64,000 bases of DNA from the human T2T-CHM13v2.0 reference genome, Homo sapiens. This document shows, piece by piece, positions 1 to 14,474 of this stretch. Made by a program: the position numbers and the translations under genes. The notes beneath the pieces are model-generated. The model saw only the letters and a program-made list of their open reading frames with translations, was not told the origin of the DNA and did no database searches. Positions within the stretch are counted from its first letter, which is position 1. Every line of letters begins with the position of its first letter. The stretch lies in assembly GCF_009914755.1 (NCBI RefSeq), contig NC_060927.1; one strand, given 5' to 3'.

Positions 1-392
1 GTTTGTGAGTTGGACTCACAGTCCACTGTGTTCTGCAATTTTTTATCTACTTATGATTCAATTGTATCTACTTATGATTTATATTTACTTGTTTGGCATC
101 TATTCATTCTAGTACCATAATTTCTTAATATTCAAATATAAGGACCAGTCTGACATATAGAACTCTTTTCTCTCTAAGTGTTTCTTTTTTTAATGCCACT
201 GTGTATAAATATCATTGTGTCTTTCGCAAGCAAACACCCTAAAAATGTCCATATGGTGTCAATATTCCTGAGAAGTTTTCAGAGTACATTGAAGGCGAGA
301 AAGGTCTCAGGTCATAATAACCATTAAGTTTTAATTTTGTTACTATCTCTTGAGTCTTTTATGTACCTATTATTTGTTAAGTATATATGGGG

Positions 393-925
393 GAGGGGTC
401 CTCAACCCCTGGGCCACAGATTGGTACTTGTCTGTGGCCTGTTAGAAACAGGCCTACACAGCAGGAGGTGAATGTTGGGCAAGTGAGTGGAGCTTCGTCT
501 GTATTTACAGCTACTCCCCATTGCTTACATTGCTGCCTGAGTGCCACCTCCTGTCAGATCAATAGTGGCATTAGATCCTCAAAGGAGCATGAATCCTATT
601 GCAGAACTGCGCATGTGAGGGATCTAGGTTACATGCTCCTTATGAGAATCTAATGCCCAATGATCTATCACTGTCTCCCATCACTCCCAGATGGGACCAT
701 CTAGTTGCAGGAAACAAGCTCAGGGCTCCCACTAATTCTACATTATGGTGAGTTGCATAATTATTTCATTATATATTACAATGTAATAATAATAGAAATA
801 AAGTGCACAATAAATGTAATGTACTTATATCTTCCCAAAACCATCCACCCCACCCTGGCCCAGACCATGGAAAAATTATCTTCCATAAAACTGGTCCCTG
901 GTACCAAAAAGGTTGGGGACCACCA
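393..925 (+). mobile_element. MER1A (hAT-Charlie) DNA transposon
   Basis: Ends aggggtcctcaacccc ... ggttggggaccac, characteristic internal sequence, ~530 bp. Confidence 0.85.
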
Positions 926-1104
926 CTATATGAAATACTAAAAAAGTTAAGACAACATCTTGCCCTCAAGGAATTCGTGCACAATTTAATGAAAGAAGTT
1001 GTGTAAATCACTTATTTTAATTATATTTTAAAAGATATTGAAATAATAGATGTTTGATAGCAGACTGTTATTAATCCTACCAGAGGGAACACCTAAGGGC
1101 TTTC

Positions 1105-1843
<739 letters not shown>

Positions 1844-2724
1844 CTTTCTTCAAGAGGCAGGATATTATCCAAACCCTAAAGGATGGGTAAAAATTACGAG
1901 AGTGGGCTGGTATAGAGTTCATCCCAGGTAGAGGTACTAGCATGAACAATGGGCTAATGGTGTGAAAAAATATGCACATATAAGATATAAATGGAGTGGT
2001 TTGTATGTGATGGGAAATGAAAATAAAAGGCCTAGAATAAGGGTCAAATGATGAAAAGCCCTGGATGACACATTAAGAGATTTAGGCTTTGTTTTTGATT
2101 TGAAAGTAATGAGAAGGATCTAAGTATTTTTGTGGGATAAATGAATATGAACTCAGTCACATTGTGCAGCACGTCATTGTATCTCTGCTCTGTTCAGCAT
2201 CTCTGTTGATACTTGCTTCTCTGGTTGTGGATAAAGTTCCAGAAAACTCACAAAACTTTTCTAGTCACTCAATTTTTGTTGTATAATTCAATTAAAAATA
2301 TCAAAACTTCAATTTCTAATCAAATATAAAGCTTGTTCCCTTGGCTAGCCAGGCCTATCACAAGCTCAAAAGTGGGGAAGAAAGAAATGATGGACTTCTT
2401 CACTCTGGCCTCATCCGGCTCTTGTCCTCCACCCCTTTCTAGGAACGTCCTCTTCAAGGATAACTTCTGTGGGGCCGCTATCCAACCTGTAGGAAATGTG
2501 CTGTTTTACTTTGCAGGTTGTTGAAGTGTCATTATGTAGTCTCTTATCTTCAGAAGCAGGTCAGATACCAGCTCATGAATCTTCCAGTTTCCAGGAGGCT
2601 CATATTAAGCTCTCAGAGTGATTCTCTCAAAGCCCTCTCCTTTGGTTGAAGGCAAGAGGAAAGTACTGCATGGAGAGGGGAAGAAGAAATCAGCAGTCCT
2701 CTGACAACTCCAAAGGTGCTGTCC

Positions 2725-2960
2725 AGCATGGTAATGAAAATCTGCAGCTGGGGATCAAATCACCTGCCCTCTTCTCCCAGCTTCTTCACTTAGGCTCTCT
2801 GTTAAATTAGATAGGTACTTAACTTGCCTTAGTTTCCTCATCTCTAAAACGGAACTAATAAAGGACTTCTCAGGAGATTTTTATGAGGATTAAATAGCTT
2901 CATATATGTTGTACTCTTTGAAGGGCATTCAGCACATAGTATTACACACTAAGTTATAGG
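2725..2960 (+). mobile_element. MIR remnant
   Basis: agtttcctcatctctaaaa...tgaggattaaat core. Confidence 0.6.
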
Positions 2961-3184
2961 CTAATAAGAAACTCTCTCCTTAATGAAATCCCTACCAATC
3001 TTTTAAAATTAATCCATAGCATTTTTATATACCTTCAAAGTGGCTGAAAAGCTAAGAATCACAAAACTAGACTAACAGTCCTTAGCGAGACCTGAATAAA
3101 TTGTCTGGCACACATTGATTTCAGGTTTCTCTTGGAAATCTGGGGCAACAAAAAACATCCATTCTGTATCCTACTATCTAGTCA

Positions 3185-3380
3185 ATACTAGTTTTATCCT
3201 CATGATCTTATGAGGTATGTACTGTCATTATCCCAATTTCCAGGTCAAGTAAGTGAAGTGAAGCATGGAGAGATAAACTAACTTACTCAAGGCCACATGG
3301 TTAGTGAGGAAATTAGGATTGGAACACACGTGCTTTGATTCCCATAACTGATCTTAAACACTGTGCAATGCTACCTCTCA
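3185..3380 (-). mobile_element. MIR remnant
   Basis: attatcccaattt...taacttactcaaggccacatggttagt core. Confidence 0.6.
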
Positions 3381-4522
3381 AAACAGTGTACACATATGCA
3401 CACATGTTTGAACAGGTTTTAGTGACTAGATGTAGAAGATAAAGGTGACTGGCATTTTAAGCTGTACAAGAAACAGGGTGATGCTATAAACCAAAAATAA
3501 AAGTTATTTGGTAGCATCATTTGAGTTATGCTGAGCAGAACATGCGTGAACAATAATATATTGGAAAATCAGTTCCAAAGAACTCCAAAGAAAGATTAAA
3601 ACTAGGATTGTAGACATGGAAGCTTTGTAATAGATACAGGTTTGTGAGATGACTAAGTAGAAAACTCTAAAAGAGAAAGCCAAGAGCACGTGAGCAGAAA
3701 CTCAATAAGTTCCCTACATTTAGGGGGATATGTAGGAAGAAAGACCAGTGAATGAAACCAAGATTTACGTACAAACTCGCAGCCTTAAAACTAAATTTGA
3801 CTTGCAGATGTGTTTTGAATGACAGGCAAATTCATTTTAAAATAGGTGATTCGATATTTAAAAAGACCAGAAAACGTAGGAACACTGGACCCATGTTCCT
3901 GTGTGGGAACAAATGGCCACATTGAATGAACTCTTACTTCTTTAGGTAGGGCAGGTGCTTTCTGGTCGGTCATGGTCCCTACCACTCCCTCGTGTTTTGC
4001 CTGCTGAGACTTCACCTACTTACTCCTGTGTGTCGCCTGCTTGGTCCTTAGGGACTTGTATTTGTGATTCCTGCTTTAGAAAGGTGGAAAAGAAAAGAGA
4101 ACTCAGATATAAAATTCCTGAGAAGGATGGCTTTCAAGAAGAAAAGATAATCACTCTCTCACCTGCTGCTTAAACAAAGAAAAAAATGGAGGACTCGTGA
4201 AGGAATTTAGATTTAGAACTTGGTAATTTGGGAAAAAAATAGAAAACACATTCAGTGGAAAGAGATTGGAATGTATGTTGGCGGTAAGAAACAAATGGAA
4301 AGTAAGGAAAATTTTTTCAAGTTTTATATTGAAGCAAACAAAATGGCTAATCAATTTTTTTCTCTATCAATGGAATGTTTATAAAGTCTTCTTTGACTCT
4401 GCAAAATACATTATCTCTCCTGGGCATCAACCTGTGTCATTTGCCTATCGATGAATCTTATTCAATCTCAATCTCTCACATTTTAGGTCAGGTCCAATGT
4501 AATCATGGTAGGAAGGATTCTA

Positions 4523-4842
<320 letters not shown>

Positions 4843-6779
4843 ATCGAAATGAAATCAAATACCTGGAAATTTGCTTTCGCATAAAACTTGCAAAGAATAT
4901 TTAAATAATTGTACTGATAGATACTTCTGAAAGTAACTGTTTTAACTCATTGAATTTTTTTTCTATTGTCAAGTCTTAATTTATCTTTCTCCCTCTCAAC
5001 CTCTCTCTCCACCTCTCCCTCACACACACTCTTACTTACACACATAGCATATTTATATTATGCATTCTTTGTTATAATTCTTTGACATTTTAACATCTCT
5101 GAAATTAGGGAGTGTCTTACAACTGGTGACACAGAATTACATAACTATAATATATTTATAGCTTTCTTATGTAGTTCATTTTCTAGAAATATATGGAAGG
5201 AAAGTGTCTGTGACTATATTATGAATAATTTCCATCTCCTGGGCCCAGAGGGAGATCGAATATGAAGGGAAAATCTGATGAAATATGTGTATTTAATCAA
5301 TTTTCAAACAGTTTGAAGTGGCTCAATTTTAAATGGCTGATTGATAATGGTAGTTATTTCCAAGTTGGAATAAATAACTGCCTGTTGGCTTCAGAGACAA
5401 TAGTGATGCTCAGTCTGAGATACTGTATTTGCTTTTTTTCTATTACAAAAATGACAGGCCAGAGAAACTTGGGGGGAAAAATTCTTCTGCTATTTTAAGA
5501 TGCTGTCCCTCTCACTGTTTTTGTGCCATCATTAATCAACTGTCTGCATATGAAGAAGAAAGGAAAAAAAGCCTGTAGACCACTTAATGTGCCTTACTTT
5601 AGCACAGTGCAAAGAACTCAGACTTCCTGTATGTCTACCTTTGTGAGCATATCCACATAATAAATGTGTCTTGGAACCTCAGCCTGATATTTTTCAAATC
5701 TTGAAAAATCATTGAAATTGCCTATGTATTCCCACAAGGATAATGTGTGTTAGCTATTACCAGGAAAATATGTTTTATTACACAATAGAATCTGAAAATA
5801 TCCACTGTATATTTCAAGTGTATGTTACTAAATTTTAATTTAAATTTAGCAGAATGAAAAATGATGGTGGTAGAATGTTCATATATAGTGTACATAGAAG
5901 TTTGCATTTCAAAGACCATGTCTATAATTTAGGCTATATGATCAGTAGTCTGATTTATATCTTTAATAATCATATTATTTAAAAATTATTTAATACTTTA
6001 TTCTTTACAAAATATTTTTACATTTATTATCTTGTTCAAACTTGGAAAATTATGCAGAAATCAATGATGCCCACTTAAATATTACAGTATTGTTGAAATA
6101 GTAAAGAAGCCAATTCCAGTTATATTTAGTCTCTTAAATTATTATTGCCATCAAACTTGAACTATGTGTTCTCTATAATGAGTAATGAGCATTGTATAGT
6201 TGCACTATTTCGGATTTTATGTATTTTTTTCTCCTCTATTCTATATTTTTGAAAATTAAAAGTAAGACAAATCTGGTTGGAAACATGAAAAGATTATGCA
6301 CTGGATGATAAATGGTCTTAAGAGTTTCATGCAAATGTTTGCAAATGCCACCCTTTGCAAAGTGGCACAGTCCTGCAGCCTAGCATGCAAGTACGTTATC
6401 CACCTGACAAGATAGTGAAATATCCCACTCATCTGTTCAGGGCTAATTTTTCAAATTTTAATAATTTTATTAGTCCCTGGCAAGGCCTTTTAAAACTTTG
6501 CAAAGAGTATTAATAACTCATTAAAGATTCATTATTTGTCAGATTTGAGGTCAAAGAGTTTGAGTGGTATTCAGTTATCTGAATTAAAATGCATCTACTC
6601 TGTAAAAGAATGAGTATTGAAAGACTCTACCTTTCCTACTAACACTGAATTCTCTTTTATGAAAACACATACACATAAACATTAACTCGAGCGTCTTTAA
6701 CAATTAAATGAGACAGTGATGACAATATGCATGCAGAGAAAAAGATTTGCTATAGAGGAATGTCAGTAAGGAAAGACTA

Positions 6780-6843
6780 GTTAACTCCTTAACCTTATGT
6801 AAGGTTAACTCCTTAACCATATGTAACTCCTTAACCTTATGTA
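6780..6843. repeat. Short tandem triplication (taactccttaacc(t/a)tatg)
   Basis: Three near-identical ~19-25 bp units. Confidence 0.8.
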
Positions 6844-7855
6844 GTTTGATAACTGGAGGACCAAGCAGAAGCTGTGTCAGTTATGAAGCCTTCCCCCATC
6901 TAAAATCTGTATGTTGTTCTCATTGAATGTAACCACGAAATTTAGCTGGGCAAGAGTTTGAGACTAAGAAGATAAATAAGAAATAGATGTCTAAATAAAG
7001 AATAGAGGAATTTTGAGAATTATGAAGTATTAGAAAAGAGAGATGGGGATGAAAAGCAAGATCTAGAGGAGTCTGTTTTGATTCTTAGATAATTCTGAGA
7101 TGTGTTCACAGAGCCAGTAAAACGACAAATAATAATATATGTGAAAGGAGGCTTAAATGCATTAAAATTCTTTAAGTGAAAACTATTTAAATCATTAACG
7201 TATTTCAAATGTGACCTCTGGTGAATTATGTATTATTTTCCTTTCATTTCCCTCGTCTTTTGAATCAGAATAACAATAATGCTTATGTTGACAAATTGTT
7301 GTGAGGACAAGGGTTACAATATTAAAAAAGTCTTCTCAGGGTGCATCTTCAACAACTAGTAACTTTTATTATGCCAATTAATTTTTAAAGTATCCAGATA
7401 TCATTTTTGAAAAACTTTTAAAAACAGTTAATTTAGTGAACTATACTATATTACTTAGCATGGTTATGCAAATTTTTTTAGTTATTTTTACTACCAATTT
7501 TGGAGAAATGATAATTTCTCTGTCTTTCAAAGGGTATTTTTCTCATTGTACCTGCTTGAAAATCTATCCCCAAAGGTTTACTGGTTTCCTTTCTTTGTAA
7601 TACATGCTTTAGGGGGAAATTATCATTTCTTCTTGGAATTCTGGAATTTGAATTAAAGAGTCTGCCAGTCAGCATTGCCTGTTTTCCCTTGGTCCTGGCA
7701 TACAGAACTTGAATTGGTTTCCAAGGCAAAGCATTCAATAATCTGTATGCAAAGTAGTATTTTTACATAGCTCTGAATGTCATATCCAAATGTAAAGCTG
7801 CCTGTTGCCTCAAGTGTGAAATTCATTCTCATTTAAATTTTATGTTTCTTTGCAA

Positions 7856-7998
7856 CTAGTGATGCTGGTATTTGGGGACTGGGCTGTAGAAACACATGTG
7901 ACAGTGGTTAAAAGTAGTAATAGCTGTGATTGCACCTCCCTGGCTCCTTCCCCACTATTGCCTTTGTCTTCATGGAAATATGGAGAGCGTTTCATGTG
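7856..7998 (+). pseudogene. Decayed EGF-repeat exon, xSDAGIWGLGCRNTCDSG*..SNSCD...CLCLHG
   Basis: ttctttgcaa|ct agt gat parallels the intact ttgcag|ct tgt at 58932-58942. WGLGC, SCD and CLCL motifs occur in order, with frameshifts. Confidence 0.6.
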
Positions 7999-8492
7999 GA
8001 AGCTACCCCTGGGCTAGCAGTAAATCTGCAGAATTTAAAGGTCCTAGTCATTTTTCTGAATGCATTTTACTTTGAGCTTTTGAGGTTGATTTTAGTCCAA
8101 AATGCTGATTGAGGATGAAAAGGTTACTAGAGAATTTGCCTATTCATGATGCAACCCATTTTTCATCCAAATCCCATGTCCGGATCACTTTTAATCTTCC
8201 CACTGCCTTCTGTAATGGCTGCTTGCTGCTCCTTTGAGCTACCATTTTTAATGCAAAGGGTCAATGGCAAGAAACTAGTGTCTCCATGGTTAGAACTAGA
8301 CCTCCCATTTAAGTAAAGTGTTATACCAGAAATATGGATTCCTAAAGCCATTAGTTACAGTAATTGTATGGAGTACTAAGGACTGTACCTCACATGAGAT
8401 AGCAAAAGTGTTAATGGTGGCTATAATCTAACACCCCAAAATATCCTTTTCTTAGGTAGGTAACTTATTCACTATAATGTTGAGCAAAATTG

Positions 8493-8878
8493 TGGAGCTA
8501 TTGCTGTGTATCACACATTGTCCGCAAATTTAATGACATAAAACACAAACTATTATTTTTCATGAATCCTTGAATAAACTGGGCAGCTGTGCTGGTCTAG
8601 GCCAGACTCTGGACTCTCATATGTCTGTGGTCAGCTGGCAGGTCAGCTGGGCCTGGCTGGTCCAAGATGTGGCTGGCTAGTCTTAAGGCCTAGTCTCAGA
8701 ACTGGCACATCATCACTTCTTGCTGCAGTCTTTTGGCCAAAGCAAGTCACACTCCTAGCCCAGATTCAAGAGGTGAGGAAATAAAGTCCGCCACTTCAAG
8801 GCAGGAGTTGAAAGTCACGTTATAAAGAGAAAAGATACATGTCTGGGTACAGAATTGGGGTCAGTTTTACAATCAACC
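8493..8878. mobile_element. MaLR LTR (MLT1 family)
   Basis: Motifs ggtcagctggcaggtcagctgg and ttggccaaagcaagtcaca..gcccagattcaag. Confidence 0.7.
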
Positions 8879-9057
8879 CCAATTGCTTTTCCGGATTAGG
8901 AGGGGCAATACTGAGGTTCCCTCCTATACTAGATCACACCAGCTCACTCATGGTAAGCACCACAGCTCAAAAGCGAGATGTGAGGTTTTGAAGTTTTGAA
9001 TAAGCTCTAACCCTCTGTGAAGTTATCTATTACAACAGCATTTAAGAAAAATAACTA

Positions 9058-9463
<406 letters not shown>

Positions 9464-10479
9464 TTACCTATGCAGTGGAGTCTTGATTTCTTAAACAGCA
9501 TGTTCTCAAAGTGTTTCTTCTTGTTTTCTTTCATGTGTGTGTTTATAAATGTATGTATATGCATGTATATATGGATTTAAATGTATACACATATGTATAT
9601 GTATATATATATGCACATATGTGTGTGCATGCACATTTCCTACTTCACTTCTGCCAGCATGCCAGCATCCCTGTTATTCTTTAGCACTCTGAGGTACCAC
9701 CTTATGGTTGTTTACTGAAGTTGCTGATTATTCCAAAGGTCACTACCCAGAGCAGGAGATGTTACCTGCCTTACTGGAGCCAACTAGTTATACAGTGGAA
9801 GGGAAATCTAGGTGAGGATGTTAACAGGCATATGTATGCATCTTTTTATGTGGTGGTTCTGATAAAAATTCCATAGGCTCAGCAATAGAGGGCTCAAAAT
9901 CTGGCTGATAATTTTACATCTGGGGTAGCTGCATTTATAATCCTCCATCAGTTGTGGTGTTGTCATCTTCATTAAGAATTTAATGAGCACCAACAGGCCT
10001 AGCTAATGTGTGGAAAACAGAGGTGTAGCCACATCCTCTGCCTAGCAAGCTGTTGCATGATTACAGAGCTTCTGGTGTGCATGAAGAGCTGGGCCCTCCC
10101 TATTTTTACTTACTTCATAAATCTAGACACAGACTTCACTTTGGGGCTCATATTATTAAGAGGATACTGCAGAGGAAAAATAAACCCCGTTTGGTAAAGT
10201 AAATGGTATGCCTGCCTCTGTAGCTACCCATGGTTTATTACTGCTGTATGTTATTTCCAGCAGTGCTTATAACAGTGATCATAAGGGACCTTTAAAGACT
10301 TACTGATGCCTCTTGGGCAGTTTCAGAATAATACCGTTTATAAATTATTCTGCCTACATATCTTATGTCTTCAGGATTCCTTTTGCCTTGCTTTGTCTGT
10401 TGTGAGTATATTTGCATGAAAACAGGTGTGTGACAAAATTCAACATTCATTACAATGAAACACACCCACACTTATACAC

Positions 10480-11420
10480 ACTTTATTTTGCAAATGAAGA
10501 AATAAAGAGAACTTCTTAAATCTGATTTTTAAAGACAATCTATAAACATACATATAGCAAAGATTATACTTGGTGGCAAAATGCTGAAAGCATCCTCTGA
10601 GGTCAGGAAAACAAGACAAGGATGCTGCTTTCACCAACTTTCAATATTTCACTGGAGGTCCAGTCTAGCCTAATAAGTTAAGAAAAAGACTTACTGGAAA
10701 TAAACATATTAAACTGCTATTATTCCTAGATGACATGATTATTTGTCTAGGAAATCTAAAAGAAGGTATATACTATTAGAACTAATAAGTAACTTTAGCA
10801 AGGTCACTAGGTACTATGTCAATAAATAGACTAATTGTATTTCTGTACATCAGAAACAAAAATGAATTTTTAAAAGACATTTATAATCATATTAGAGACC
10901 TATAAAATATCAAAAACCAAATTAGATGCAAGATGTATAATGCCTCTAATTAAAACCTCAAAATATTATTGAGAGAAATTACAGAAGACCTAAAAAAATA
11001 GAGGCATATACCATGGCCATGGATTGGGAATGATGTATAGTTCTAACTCAATCATAATTAAGATTTCTACAGCATTTTGAATCAATAAACTTATGCTAAA
11101 AAGTATGAAAAAGAAAAGATCCAAGAAGAGCCAAGAAATCTTGAAGAGTAAGAACAGAGCTGACAACTTTCAATGCTAGATAACGCTATAGTAATTAACA
11201 TAATATATTATTGGTTCAAATGTGAATAAAGAGAACACTGAAACGTAATAAAAAGTCCAGAAAATGACCTACTTATATAGATCAATTGGTTTACGACAGG
11301 GAAAACCCTACAGTACAGTGAGTACATTAAGTGGATATATTCTATAAATGGTGCTGGGTTCATTGAATATTCATAAAGAAAAAATATTAATCTTGACTTC
11401 TACCTCTTACCACATACAAG
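10480..11420 (+). mobile_element. Old L1 (L1M) ORF2 fragment
   Basis: Degenerate RT-region motifs (tcaggaaaacaagacaaggatg, gatgacatgatt, ctattagaactaataa). Confidence 0.8.
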
Positions 11421-12149
11421 TCAAAACATTTTACATTTAACTGTACAAAGATATGTGTCTTTTCTAAAAAAAATAGTATTTTTATTTTAAGGAACTATAT
11501 TTTAATTTGTTCATTTGTTTTTGTTTTGATATCTAGGAACTCACAGCTAAAGCATGCCTGATCACAGTAATTTTCTTTAACCTAAGGTTTCTGGCATAAC
11601 TCTCTTGTCCCTTTTATTGCATGACAATTGTTCTTTCATCCTTGCTTTAACGATTCTATTTTATGGGTCTCTTTTGTGTGTGTGAGAGTTATTTTAAATC
11701 TTTTTTTGAAGTAGACAAGGTATAAATAATGAATAAATCAATCAATGAGGCAAGTTAAACTTCTTTTGAAATTTTGAAGCCTGATTGAATTGTCAAAAAG
11801 AATTATAGCTCGTATAGTAATCCCAGTAATTACACTTTGATAAAGTTGTAACTGTCTAACATCATATTGCTAATATATTAAGCAAATAAATATTACATGG
11901 AATGTTCTTTAAATGTTAACATACGTGTCAGTATTAAAAATAAGTAGCATTTACATGGAGAAAGAACCTACTTTTTGTAGACTGTGTGTTATATATACTG
12001 GGACAAAAAATATAGATTATTTGTTTCTCTTTAGGAAAAGTTGCTTGAATATTGAAATAACTTTTTCATATGGATACAGTATGTAGAAGAAAAAGAATAA
12101 CTGTTTGGAAGGTGGGAAGTGTAGCAACTGAGAAGTGCTTCAAACCCTG

Positions 12150-12315
12150 TTAGTGATTAAGAATGTGAGATTTAAAGTTATTAGACCTATCTACATAGGA
12201 ATCCCAGCCCTGCCACTTAGTGACTGTGTCATCTTGGAAAAGTTACTTGACCTTTCTTAAGACTCAATTTCTTTATATCCAAAATGAGAATAATAATATC
12301 TATCTCATATAGGCT
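12150..12315 (+). mobile_element. MIR remnant
   Basis: aatcccagccctgccactta..ctgtg..cttggaaaagttactt core. Confidence 0.65.
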
Positions 12316-12998
12316 TGAATCTGTATATGGCTGAATGTAGGCATGACATTAATTTTTTGCAGAGTGTAATATTTCCGTATTTTAATATCCATCCTTTAAA
12401 ATATTTAATTTTGAGTTTTGGAAGAGAATGAAATTTGAGCACCTATATGCAACAAGCAGACTGAGTACGGAATAACTAGGAGAGCAGGTGAAAAACGTGA
12501 ATGATGTGGGACAAATAAGAAATTCTGAACACTGTGTGCAGCCCATCAATTGCAATGAGGACCTGGGGAGTTGTAACCTATGAAACTGTAGATGCTGTTG
12601 CTGTACTGTGAAGCACTACTGCTCTGACAGGCTCTCTGAGCTCCCATTCCACCTAGCACACGTGGCAATAAAGTGCAGCACATGGAATCCATATTAGAGC
12701 AATAGCTGCATCTTCAAAAAAACGTTTTAATGACTTTTCTAGTCTGCATTTAGAAGGATGATTTTAGATCTTACATCTTATCTTTTTCTAGGTTAATGTG
12801 CCTTCCCCCTCAGATCCCTGCATTTGGGGAAATTTCTGTGATGGTATACTCCCAGAGAGTATTGTGTCTCATTCAAAATACCCTTAGGAAACCTTTGATC
12901 TAGAATGTAAGTTCAGCAGCCAGAATCAGAATTGAATGCTTGTGGTGGTGTGAGAAGTCTGCATATATTCGGAAAGTTGTATAGGGACATTTTGTGTC

Positions 12999-14269
12999 GC
13001 TCCTTCTTCCACTTCTTCCTCTTCCTCCTCTTCTCCTCCTTCTCTTCCTCTTCCTAGTCTCCTTCTTCTCCTCCTCCTTCTCCATTTCCATCTCCTTCTC
13101 CTCCTCCTTCTCCTCTTCCTCCTCCTCCTTCTCTTCCTCTTCCTACTCTCCTTCTCCTCCTCCTCCTTCTCTTCATCTTCCTACTCTCCTTCTCCTCCTC
13201 CTTCTTCTCCTCCTTCTCTTCCTCTTCCTACTCTCCTCCTCCTTCTCCTCCTACTCCTCCTCCTTCTCGTCCTCTTCCTACTCTCCTCCTCCTTCTCGTC
13301 ATCCTTTTCCTCCTCCTCCTCATTCTCCTCTTCCTTCTCCTCCTCCTTCCCATCCTCCTCCTACTCCTCCTCCTTCTCGTCCTCTTCCTATTCTCCTCCT
13401 CCATCTCCTCGTCCTTTTCCTCCTCCTCCTCATTCTCCTATTCCCTCTTCTTCTCCTTCTCATCCTTTTCCTACTCTCCTCCTCCTCCTTCTCCTCGTCC
13501 TTTTCCTCCTCCTCCTCATTCTCCTCTTCCTTCTCCTCCTCCTTCTTCTCCTCTTCCTCCACCACCTACTTCTATTCTTCTTCCTACTCTCCTTCTCCTT
13601 CTGCTCCTTCTCCTCCTCCTCCTCATCTTCCTTCTCTTCCTCTTGCTACACTCCTCCTCCTCATCTTCCTTCTCTTCCTCTTGCTACACTCCTCCTCCTT
13701 CTCTTCCTCTTCCTACTTTCCTTCTCCTTCTCTTCCTCTTCCTACTTTCCTTCTCCTTCTTCTCTTCCTCTTCCTACTCTCTTCCTTCTCCTCCTCCTTC
13801 TCTTCCTCTTCCTACTCTCCTTCTCCTCCTCCTTCTCCTCTTTCTCCTCCTCCTTCTTCTCCTCCTCCTCTTCTTCCTACTCTCCTCTTTCTCCTTCTCC
13901 TCCTCCTTCTCTTTCTCTTCCTCTTCCTACTCTCCTTCTCCTCCTCTTCCTTCTCCTCCTCCTCCTTCTTCTCTCCCTCTTCCTACTCTCCTTCTCCTCC
14001 TCCTTATCCTCTTCCTCCTCCTCTTTCCTTTTCTCTATATACTCTTCTCCTTCTCTTCCTTCTCCTCTTTCTTCTCTTCCTCCTCCTCCTCTTCTTTCTC
14101 TTCCTTTTCCTACTGTCCTTCTTCTCCTCCTCCTCTTTCTCCTCCACCTTCTCCTCTTCCTTTTTCTCTTCCTCCTCCTCCTCTTTCCCTTCCTACTCTT
14201 CTTCTCATTCTCCTCCTCCTCCTATTCCTCCTTCTCCTCCTCCTCCTCTTCCTCCTTCTCCTCCTCCTT

Positions 14270-14301
<32 letters not shown>

Positions 14302-14474
14302 TCTCCTCCTTCTGTTCTTCTTTCTACTCTCCTTCTCCTCCTTCTCCTCCTCCTGCTCTTCCTCCTCCTTCTCCTCCTTCTGTTCTTCTTTCTACTCTCC
14401 TTCTCCTCCTTCTCCTCTTCCTCCTCCTCCTCCTTCTCCTTCTTCTTCTTCTTTCTTCCTCTTCTTCTTCTTTT
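12999..14474. repeat. ~1.5-kb CT-rich polypyrimidine tract built on TCC/TTC with a recurrent TTCCTACTCTCC unit
   Basis: Almost pure C/T on the + strand. Confidence 0.97.

Noticed and set aside
10006-10100. CSHILCLASCCMITELLVCMKSWALP as an EGF exon
   Set aside because: Too many key Cys/Gly positions are wrong and there are no usable splice sites.
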